A stretch of DNA of 64,000 nucleotides from Octopus sinensis (lineage: Eukaryota). A program made the position numbers and the translations under genes. Location of the stretch: the NCBI RefSeq assembly GCF_006345805.1, contig NC_043007.1:38502001-38566000 (forward strand), written 5' to 3'. The notes under the pieces were generated by a model. That model made no database searches, had not been told where the DNA came from, and saw nothing but the letters and a program-made list of their open reading frames with translations. Below, in pieces: positions 53,450-64,000 of this stretch; positions within the stretch are counted from its first letter, which is position 1; every line of letters starts with the position of its first letter.

Positions 53450-54290
53450 TTCTAGCAGGAAAAATGTAAAGATATGGGTGCACAAGGGACAATATTATCA
53501 ATTAACTGAACTTGAAAAAGTACAGGACAGGAAGTGGAAGCTTAAAAATATTGCAGCTGAAGTTAAAATTAGGCATTTAAAAAGCATGCCCTTTTTGATG
53601 GAGAAAGTAGGGCAAAGATTTAAAGTTAAACAAAATTATGTATACTTGGGCAGCATATTGGCAATTTGGTAGATTTGAAGGACCAGTTTCTTTTCCCTAT
53701 TGCACCCTCTCATGTACATGTCTAACTGAGATCATACCCAAAGGTTTAATGCTGAATGTGTGGAAAATAAAGGTTTTGCATTTGTGGGAAAGGAAGTTTG
53801 TTGGTCAATCTTTATATAAAATATGTGTTTTGGAATGGTAAGAGTTTCTGGATATCAAGAACTAAGAGCTTTGAATTTCTAGAGGGCTTCATATGCATGG
53901 CTTTCCAATCTTTTGTTTATAGTGCAGATAAATTTTCATTTCTTAGTAGAGGAAGGTAGACACCAACAAACAGTCTACCACACCATTTATCTCTCATTAT
54001 TTCGAAGTTGACAAGATACTACTGCCTATTTCTCTGTTACTAGGCAAGTTAAAGTGCATCCTTGTTACTTTTTCCTTTAAGATGAACTCATATTTCTGAA
54101 TGTCTAAATGCCAGCTCAACTATATTTGGAAGGTAACTTAGCATGTTTAAAGTGAAAGACAAGAGCTACATCTCCATCATAAACAAGTGCTTCAACCTGC
54201 TGCTATCATCCACCATATTTAATAGGGTATTAAAACAGGAAGTTTCAAATAGAATTTTCTTCAAGGAAGGTGTGTTTAGAATTTAAAAAG
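53450..54290. mobile_element. Heavily degraded LINE RT remnants in both orientations
   Basis: Plus strand FKVKQNYVYLGSI and GLMLNVWKIK; minus strand LVYDGDVAL (YADD-like). Confidence 0.35.
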
Positions 54291-55914
54291 GTGTATACTT
54301 TTACATTTGAATGAAACTAAAAACAACATACTTTTAAAATTTCAATTCTAACTTCAGGTGCAATTTTTTAAGCTTCCATTTCTTGTTCTGTATTTGTCCA
54401 GGTTCAAATAAATAAGAATAATATCACTTCTGCACCTGCATTTTTCTTGCTAGTCCACTCTTTTTATAGGCAATGCTTTTTACAGCAAAAATATACTATA
54501 ATTTTATTGAGATATAACCAAAAAAGTATAATATGTACAAAAAATTCAATTTTTTCAAAGATTAAATTATTCTCAAAAAGTAATTTATGCCGAAGACCCT
54601 GAAATGAAGAAGAAAAATGCCAACAAAGCAACAGTAGATTAATTAAATGATGCCAGCTAGAAAGCAGTACAGCAAATATGGAGTTAACAAGTTTGAGGCA
54701 AAAAGCAAAAAGGGTTTGATCACATTCGCATTCCTGAGAAACACTGTAAACACACTACAAGTTTCTTTGTTGCTATGGTACTGGATAAGTATATTATGAA
54801 TGTTACAAATTTCTTTTTTTTACATGATGATTTGTCCACACCCTTTTCAATCTTTACAACATGTAATTTGGTTAGGGAAGGAGTGGATTCAACCCTTATT
54901 TCTATAAATAGGTGTTGTTATTCTGAAAGCTGGAAGAAGTAAGAGTGATTTAAAAAAGTTAAATTTTTGGCTGTTATTTCTAGCATGATAAGCAACTACA
55001 TTGAAGCCTCTTTCATTGTTTGCTGGGTTTGACAGGCATTTCCACATGCATAGCAGATGCTATTCCAAAAGCTAAGGGTAGGGTTGATTTTAAAAAACAT
55101 TGAAATTTTGGGAAAAATTATTCTTCAGAGATTTGGCTGTTATTTCCTGCAAATTTGTGTGACCATATTAAGACCTTTGTCATTTCACTAGCTGGTTTGA
55201 TAAATATATACAAATGTGGAAATGAGGGGAGAAATTTTAAAATCTTCATAAACAAATAATTTGTGGGCAGGAGTTGTAGGAGAGGATTATGAAAAACTGC
55301 TATTTGTGCAAAATCGTTATCTTTGGTGTTGAAGACATATGATTAAAAAAAAAAAATTTAACAAAATAAAATTTAAAAAAAGGAGGGGGTACATATTCAA
55401 CACGTCTGCCCAAATATCTTTCTCTTTTCAACTCTACATGACTTCTGCTTGTTCACCAATTACTTTACAGAGTGCCGGTTGCATCCACTTCCAAAACAAA
55501 CAGTTAAGTTAGTGTTAACAAATTTAATTTAGTGCTCATTAAAAAGGTAATTAAGAATAATTATGTGACAATGAAAAGACAATGTTAGTCAATATCAAAT
55601 ATTATTTTAGTTACTTAATTATTTCAGCAAGTATGGGGGACAACTCCAAGTATTTTCCTATGTTATCAGACATATTAATTAAAATAATATAAGTTAATAA
55701 CTAATATTGTCTTTTTCTCACTACATAATTATTTGTAATTAGCTCTTTTTTAATGTTCATAACATGACATATGTTAACACTAACTGAACTATTGTTTTTC
55801 ATATTGATGGCATTTTTGGGCAATTAATTCTCTAAAATATGCTAATTGTGTCTGCTAACTAGTGTACACCTACTCTAATCATTAATTGAGAATGTACAGA
55901 AATTATAAAAGCAT

Positions 55915-57430
55915 TACATTGGCACAATCATTAGAGCATCAAACCAAATGCCTTGTAGTATTTCTTTTGGCCTTTTACATTCTAACTTCAAATCCTGCTA
56001 AAATTCACTTTACTTCTCATCCTTTCGGAGCCAATAAAAGAAAGCACCAGTCAAGTACTACATTTGATGATATCCACTAACCACAGGCTGTACCTTAATG
56101 TTAAGTTGCTTTCATATTGATACAGCTACATAGTTGATTTAGTGCACTCAAGGTAGCGAGCTGGCAGAATCGTTAGCACGCTAGGCGAAATGCTAAGCAG
56201 TATTTCATTTGCTGCTACGTTCTGAGTTGACTTTGCCTTTCATCCTTTCAGGGTCGATAAATTAAGTACCAGTTACGTACTGGGGTCGATGTAATCGACT
56301 TAATCCCTTCCCACAAATTTGAGGCCTTGTGCTTCCAGCAGAAAGGATTATTATTATTATATTATTATTATTATTATTAATTCCACTGAGGTTAACTTTG
56401 CCTTTCATTCTTTCATGGTCAATAAAATAAGTACAAGTTGAACACTGGGGTCGATGTAATCAACTAGCCCCCTCCCCCAAAATTGGTGCCCATGTGGCAA
56501 AATTTGAAACCTTTATTATCATCATCATCATTATTATTACAAAGGTGGTGAGCTGGCAGAATCGGGCAAAATGCTTAGCAGTATTTCGTCTGCAGTTATG
56601 TTCTGAGTTCAAATTCCGCCAAGGTCGACTTTGCCTTTCATCCTTTCGGGGTCGATAAATTAAGTACCAGTTACGCACTGGGATCGATGTAATCAACTTA
56701 ATTCCTTTGTCTGTCCTTGTTTGTCCCCTCTATGTTTAGCCCTCTGTGGGCAATAAAGAAATAAGAATCGTTAGCGCGCTGGACAAAATGCTTAACGATA
56801 TTTCACCCGTTGGTTTGTTCTGAGTTCAAATTCCACCAAAGTTGACTTTACCTTTCATCTTTTCGGGGTCAATAAAATAAGTACCAGTTAAACACTGGGG
56901 TCAATGTAATCAACTCATCCCCTCCTCCAAAACTGCTGCACTTGTGGCAAAATTTGAAATCGTTATTATTATTATTGAGAGAACAGCACACACTATCAAA
57001 GTGATGCTGGGATACAAATATATGAAACCCCAATATATCTATCAATACTACCTATCTGATAAAGGTACTCTAGGCACATGCATCTATTATTATCATAAAA
57101 AATGGCAAACTGGCAGAATCACTACCATGCCAGACAAAATAATTGGCTTTACATTCAAAATTAAAATTCTGCCAAAGTTGACTTTGTCTTTCACCCCTTT
57201 CAGGTTCGATAAACCAGTTACCATGTAATCAGTTACCCCAAAAAAAATTTCAGTCCTTGTGCCCATTCTAGAAAGGATTTCCAATGAGATTGACTTTGCC
57301 TTTCATCCTTTCAGGGTCGATAAATTAAGTACCAGTGAAACACTGGGGCTGATGTAATCAACTAGTCCCCTCCCACAAAATTTCAGACCTTGTACCTTTA
57401 GTAGAAAGGATTATTATTATTATTATTATT
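55915..57430 (+). mobile_element. Cluster of about seven same-orientation family A SINE copies
   Basis: The core gactttgcctttcatcctttc(g/a)gggtcgataaattaagtaccag recurs near 56030, 56230, 56400, 56630, 56845, 57180 and 57295, often separated by (ATT)n or (CAT)n tails. Confidence 0.85.
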
Positions 57431-58959
57431 ATCATCTCTCCATCAGGTGGAAAGGGTAGTGCCCATGATCCTTTAAGGGGCCTCTGAGACTGGCCAGGAA
57501 AGACTTAGTCTGGGCTGAATTCTTACAGCACAGTGGACTTTGCTAAAGGGCATTTAAGGACAAAATGGTGTTGTTAAACTAGGAGACAGATTAGGTCCAC
57601 CAACAAAGTAGGTCATGGCAGAATTTGAAACAGCTAGAAAAAAAAAACAGCGAGTGGTATCTTGGCAAACACTCTAACAATTCCAACAGTCCACCGCACA
57701 TGACAGATACATCCTAAGAAGGATGAAAAGTTAAGCTGGTCTCAATAGGATTTGAACTTAGAATGCAAGGTGCTAGAATAAATACCACAAGGTATTCTGC
57801 TTGATGCACTAATGACTCTGCCAATTCACTGCCATGAATATTCTACAAGAGATGGCTCATATGCCAAAATATGCCCCAATGATGTGTAGCTGCCAGCTGA
57901 TATGCCAATGGCCTGTTTTTGCTTTTCATTGGTTTGTTCTAGAAGATGGGATTGTTATGAATATGGTCATCCGATCATGGCCGTTTGCCAGCCTCCTCTG
58001 GCACCTGTGCCGGTGACACGTAAAAAGCACCCACTACACTCACGGAGTGGTTGGTGTTAGGCATGGTATCCAGCCGTAGAAACACTGCCAGATCAGACTG
58101 GGCCTGGTGCAGCCTTCTGGCTTCCCAGACCCCAGTTGAACCATCCAACCCATGCTAGCATGGAAAGCGGACGTTAAACGATGATGATGATGATGATGGC
58201 CTACACTGACCCTTCAATACTGGAGGGATTGATGTGGATAATGTTCTTCTTAAGAAGCTGCGAGCAAACAGCAGTAGGAAAAAACACAGACAGACAAAGA
58301 TTTCAAGAAGATTAACATTCTGGGGTGAAAGAACAGAACATAGTGGTAAGCAGGGTGGATGATATGAATGACAAGATGAGAAAAGAACAAGTCAAGAGTA
58401 AGTGAGTAGTGGTGTCACAGACCCAACAATGTCTGAGGAAGAGAGACCCCCAATAGTAGCAGTAGAAAAGTTTGGTAATATAGGTTGTGACTGTAAAGTG
58501 GCAAGCTGGCAGAATCATTAGCATGTTGGACAAAATGCTTTGAAGTAATTCTTCTGGCTTTTTTACACTGAGTTCAAATTCCATCAAGGCAGAACTTTGT
58601 CTTTCATTCGTTTTGAAGTCGATAAAATGAGGACCTGTCAAACACTGTGGTTGATGTAATTGACTAATGCCTTCCCCTAAAATTTCAGGCCCTGTGCTAA
58701 TAGTAGAAAGAATACAGGTAGTGAGTGTGCTTTTGTGCTGTTGAAGGATAGAAAATTGGTAAAGTTCTATTGGAAAATGCTTTTGAGTTCTTGGTTCATG
58801 GAGTCAGAGAAGGTTTTGTGTGGGTGTCTATGTTGTATGTGGAAGGCTGGAGAGAATGAAGAACTGCATCATCTATGTAAGAGGGGATGTTGCTAGATGT
58901 AAGCACAAGTTCCATAATATTCAACCATTATGATTATGAATGTACTCTACTACTGCACT

Positions 58960-59560
58960 GTGGCGCAAATGCTGGTTGATTCTTTTAGAAACCATTGTGG
59001 AACAAGATTTCGCCATCATTGACCTCAGTTATGCTGATGACCTTGCAATAAATAGTGATGACTATGTAAATATCTAATCAGCTGTTGAATACATCAGTGT
59101 GCATGTGTTGTAAATTAACTTGAAAATAATCTCAGCTAAGACTGATATTCTTATTTCTTATTTCCTTATTGCCCACAAGGGGTTAAACATAGAGGGGACA
59201 AACAAGGACAGACAAATGGATTAAGTTGATTACATCGACCCCAGTGTGTAACTGGTACTTAATTTATCAACCCCAAAAGGATGAAAGGCAAAGTCGACCT
59301 CGGCAGAATTTGAACTCAGAACGTAACAGCAGACGAAATACTGCTAAGCATTTCTGTCAGCTCGCCGCCTTTAAGACTAAGACTGATATTCTATCAGATA
59401 GCATCTCATTCTCTGAAACAGTCCCCCTCATACTCAATGGCACAATTCTGGAAAAAGTTAGTTTAAATACCTTGATGCTACAATCACTGCCTTTGGCCAA
59501 GATCAATACAAGGTAGGTGGATCGACCACATGGTGCATTTGGTCATTTTGAAAGCTGGTT
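58960..59560 (+). mobile_element. Degraded LINE RT remnant split by a SINE
   Basis: DLSYADDLAI...LKIISAKT before the SINE; ILNGTILEKV..KYL...AFG after it. Confidence 0.7.
59152..59376 (-). mobile_element. Family A SINE with a perfect 16-bp target-site duplication
   Basis: TSD CTAAGACTGATATTCT at 59136-59151 and 59377-59392; head aaggcggcgagctgacagaa. Confidence 0.92.
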
Positions 59561-60633
59561 TTGGTTTAGGCAAGAGATCATACCTACCAAGTACTTGGTC
59601 ACACGATCCTGTTATATGGTTACTGTTTCTAGCAGATTAAACAATCATGCAGAGGATCCCCCAATGCCTTGGTTATCATTATTACTGAAAACACTTCTGA
59701 ACAATTACATCATCAAACATTAGGTTCGCAAATATGAAATTCACTAGGATAATATATGGTAGGATACCTGAAGCAAGGAAATCTTTCAATGCACACATAT
59801 GGAATAAATAGAGCTTTTGGATTCTCCACAACCATGAAAATATGCTTGAGCAGTGCAGTAGAACTGTATGATATAAAAAGCCTAATCTAAAAACACCAGA
59901 TTGAAGCTTCAGATAAGGAGGAGGTATTTACCACAGACAGATACATGTGTATTTACTCTGCCCAACTACAACATATCAAAAACCATTATAAAATAACATT
60001 TGCTGTCTTTTAGTTTTGTTTTTTGTTGTTATTTTCATGTTTCTCAGTCAGTGTTTGTTGTTTTTTTCTTTTTCCTTTTATGTTTTATTCTCATTTTTAA
60101 AAAAGAAAAATTATATGCTCCGCCTTTCAACATCCTGTTTTGTTTTAAGCTAAAGATTTGTCCTTGGAAAACAAATACTCAATTGATTTCAATTGCTTTA
60201 TGTTGCTCACTTTGGTATAAAAAAATAATTATTATAATTATCCCAACAAAATGATACTTAAATTATATGGATATTTCTATGATAATAATAACTTCTTTCA
60301 TGATTATAATAATGATAATAATTAGCTGGACCCGTGAAAAATTCACGGAAAACAAAGAATGTCAGCATCTGTAAACAGTGTACTGGTGCCATGAGAAATG
60401 TTTGCATATTATGACCATCTGTCTTTATGTTCTGAGTTCAAATTCTGCTGAGATCAAGTTTGCCTTTCGTCCTTCTGGGGTCAATAAATTAAGTATCAGT
60501 TGTGTACTGGGGTTGATCTAATCAACTGGCCCCTCCCCACAAAAAATTCAGGACTAGAAAAGTATATTGTGACAGTTACAGAACATGGAAAATAATGTAA
60601 CACCAATGACTATATAATCCAACCAATATATCT

Positions 60634-60973
60634 CAGTTCTATATTTAAGAGATGAGGAATTATGTACATTATTTACATTTGATGGATATTTGTCCTCATC
60701 TTGTTTGTTGTTAACACAATATTTCGACTGATATACTCTCTAGCCATCATCAGGTGTCTTGGGGAAATTTCAAACCTGGGTTCTCATTCCTAAGGTATTT
60801 TTCGATGTTGTTATTATTATTATTATTATAACATCGAAAAATACCTTAGGAATGAGAACCCAGGCTCGAAATTTCCCCAAGACACCTCATGAAGGCTGAA
60901 GTGTACATCAGCCGAAACGTGTTAACAACAAACAAGATGAGGACAAATATCTGTCAAATGTAAATAATGTACA
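60634..60973. mobile_element. Inverted pair of Penelope-like termini forming a foldback; each arm carries a hammerhead motif
   Basis: Arms 60663-60809 and 60830-60973 are reverse complements around a (TTA)n loop. See findings. Confidence 0.75.
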
Positions 60974-61402
60974 AAATATCTCAATTACACGAACATAAAC
61001 AGAATTAATATTTAACCTTAAAATACATTGTATATATTCAAAGAACCTTAATGTACAAATTGAAATGCAAAAGAATGAAATGATAAATGGATTTATGAAT
61101 GAAAGTTTGCTAATTGCGTTTATTTCCACCACGCAACACTTATTATTGCAAATATGTTTTAACTAACTTAAACTATATGCACACACAAATACATCATCAT
61201 CATCATTGTTTAACATCCGCTTTCCATGCTAGCATGGGATTGACGATTTTGACTGAGGGCTGGCAAACCAGATGGCTGCACCAGGCTCCAATCTTGATCT
61301 GGCAGAGTTTCTAAAGCTGGATGCCCTTCCTAACGCCAACCACTCCAAGAGTGTAGTGGGTGCTTTTTACATGCCATCGGCACATTCAAATATATATCCA
61401 CA

Positions 61403-61438
<36 letters not shown>

Positions 61439-61772
61439 TCGAGTTGTAGCTGTAATTCAAAGGGGCCATCCTTGTCATATTCTGTGTGAGGCTGAATCTC
61501 CCTGAGAACTACATTAATGTTATGCATGTCTGTGGAGTACTCAGCCATTTGTGAGTTAATTTTATCCTCATGTGGTAATGAAAAGTGAAACTGACATCCA
61601 ATATTTGCTGTGTGTATGTATCTATGTATGAACTTTTCTTTGGATTCATGTATTTACTGTCTCTCTCACTTTCTCTCTTTCTCTTTCACATCCTTTGTGT
61701 CCCCCTTGTCTCCTGCTTTTGATTTAACAATGTGTATATGTATCTATATATCTACTTCTCTTGTGATGTGAT

Positions 61773-62045
61773 AAACATTTAAAAACACAAAACAAATGCC
61801 GTCACCACCCACTGTCTCTTTCACTCTCTCTCTCTCTTTCTCTCTCACTTTTCTCTCTCTCTCTTTCTTTTTCTCTTACATCCTCTCTGAAACATTTAAA
61901 AACACAAAACAAATGCTGTCACGACTCACTGTCTCTTCCACTCTCTCTCTCTTTCTCTCTTATGCCCTCTCTGAAACATTTGAAACCACATAACGAACAC
62001 TGTCTCCACTCACTGTCTCTTTCACTCTCTCTCTCTCTCTCATTC
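61773..62045. repeat. Three diverged tandem units of about 85-117 bp (aaacatttaaaaacacaaaacaaatgc.gtca...cactgtctctt + (CT)n)
   Basis: Unit starts at about 61773, 61890 and 61974. Confidence 0.85.
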
Positions 62046-62974
62046 CCCTTTTCTCTGTCACTCTCTCTCTCTCTTACTTCCTCTCTCTCACTTTGCCACT
62101 TCTTTGAAGTAAGTGTGATGCACACAAGTATATACAAAAAATTAGCGTATTAATATTTTTGATGGTTTCAAATTTTTAAACAAGGCCAGCAATTTTGTGA
62201 GCGGGTGAGATGTAAGTCAATTACATTGCTCCCAGTCCTCAACTGGTACTTATTTTATCAACCCCCGAAAGGATGAAAGGCAAAGTTGACTCTGGCAGAA
62301 TTTGAACACAAAACACAAAGACAGACAGAATGCTTTAAACATTTTGTCTAGTGCACTAACGCTTCGAGAGAATTTCAGCAAGTGCGTATGTGCGTGTGTG
62401 TGTGTGTGTGTGCGCGCATGCATGCTTTATTATAACCTAAGTCTTTTCAAAATATTATTCCGAAATTCTCATTTCCAATCGCCATAGATTGGAAACAAAA
62501 TATCTGTAGTAATAATGTGAAATTCAGCATCTAATAGAAAAATAATATGTACTGAGAGATCTGTTTTCTTTTTTCTTTTTCTTAACACTTATGTACTTGT
62601 GCAGTGTGTGTGTATACATACATCGCCGTCACCATCATCCTTTAACATCTGTTTTCCATGCTGGCGTGAGCTGAATGGTTTGACCAGAGCTGGCAAGCTG
62701 CACCAGGTTTCAGTCTGATTCGGCTTGGTTTCAACAGCTGGATGTCCTTCCTGACACTAACCACTTTACAGAGTGTGCTGGGTGATTTTAATGTGCCACC
62801 AGCACAAGTGCTTTTTACATGGCACCAGCACAGGACTCTTGCAGACCAATCCTCTCCACCAGAGGATCGACCTTAACACTTCTGCTTTAGAGGATGGGTC
62901 TCTTTGAGTACAGCAAGATGTCAGGTCTCTCATATCACATTTGCACGCACGCACACACACATATCATTTGATGA

Positions 62975-63152
62975 TATTTAATAAACACAATATATGTTTT
63001 TATGTACTACTGTTAGTTTCATGTGCTGAGAACATGTCAAACATTGTTTTATAACATGTCACATATCCTAGCACAATCACAAAACAATGTTTGGCATGTT
63101 CTCAGCACATGAAACTAATAGTAACACATAAAAACATTGTGTTTATTAAATA
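62975..63152. repeat. Near-perfect inverted repeat (72-76-bp arms, 30-nt spacer), MITE-like or hairpin
   Basis: Arms 62975-63050 and 63081-63152 differ by 4 substitutions and one 4-nt indel; both ends are bounded by TA. Confidence 0.88.
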
Positions 63153-63258
63153 ATATTTATCTCTCATCAGATAGAGTGGGTTTTTTTTGTTGATCTTACC
63201 ATCACAGAACAGTACACTATGAGTATGTGTGTGTGTATATATATACATACGTACATAC

Positions 63259-63293
<35 letters not shown>

Positions 63294-63869
63294 ATATATA
63301 TATATATATTTAATTTATTTAATTGCGCCCTTTTCAAGCCTAGCTAGGCTCATGGGCCTGGTTTCCCGGTTTCAGTTGTGTATGTGTTCCCCCCAGCTGG
63401 ATGGGACACCAGTCCATTGCAGCGTTAGTCAAGAAACAGGAAGAGAGAGCGAGAGAAAGTTGGGGCAAAAGAGTACAACAGGGGTCGCCACCAACCCCTG
63501 CCGGAGCCTCGTGGAGCTTTTAGGTGTTTTCGCTCAATAAACACACACAACGCCCAGTCTGGGAATTGAAACCACAATCCTCCGACCGCATCGTTTTTCA
63601 AGCATCGTTCACAAAAGCTTTTAAACAGGAAAACAAGATAAGTATTTCCTTTAAACTTTCAATTCATATTTCAAAAAATATTCAGGCAATGGAAATTCAA
63701 AAGAAAACCATGTTCAGTTTACCAGTTGATGATCAGAAACAAACAACTCTGAGTGCTGGAAATCAGAGCCTTTCATTTATAATGTAATAAAGAATACTCT
63801 ACATTTGTATTGAGTCCTGTAATTATTGCTTCTGATGAAATACATATATATATGGCGATTTTTTTTCCT

Positions 63870-63990
63870 CTGTCTTCCCTTCTCTGGATCTTTCCTTCTC
63901 CTATGTTTCCGACGAAGAGCCCCGCTCGAAACGTTAAACCCACCTTCTTTCCTTCTACCTGAGCGTCCAATAATACTATATTTGTTCCTC
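63870..63990 (+). mobile_element. Penelope-like terminal repeat containing a minimal hammerhead motif (63905-63939)
   Basis: GTTT-CCGACGA-A-GAGC-CCC-GCTC-GAAAC-GT-T-AAAC. Confidence 0.65.
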
Positions 63991-64000
63991 GATGATGATG

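Noticed and set aside
55915-57430. CRISPR-like repeat-spacer array
   Set aside because: The repeats are 150-220-bp eukaryotic SINE copies with variable truncation; no cas genes.

Overview
Eukaryotic, AT-rich, microsatellite- and SINE-dense DNA. The repeat families resemble those of Octopus (inference from memory, not a database search). Only one protein-coding gene is supported: the 5' end of an AKT/PKB kinase on the minus strand, with coding exons at 8472-8526 and 98-220, canonical splice sites and intron positions matching human AKT1. The gene continues beyond position 1. The rest is long 5' intron and upstream DNA filled with transposon remnants: a hAT/Buster element with intact TIRs and TSD that carries a Helitron helicase fragment, Buster and TTAA MITEs, Tigger/pogo, RTE and CR1/L2-type LINEs, tRNA-derived SINEs and Penelope-like termini. 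Most notable observations: (i) several minimal hammerhead-ribozyme motifs in Penelope-like termini, one pair inside a ~145-bp foldback; (ii) two sharply bounded CpG-retaining domains (~16-29 kb and ~42-49 kb) suggesting alternative or bidirectional promoters; (iii) candidate AKT 5' leader exons, one with a strong-context uORF; (iv) a plus-strand AG|GTAAGT site that may be a recursive splice site; (v) a 54-nt locally templated insertion. No tRNA, rRNA or CRISPR features were found, and nothing here is demonstrably a new system.
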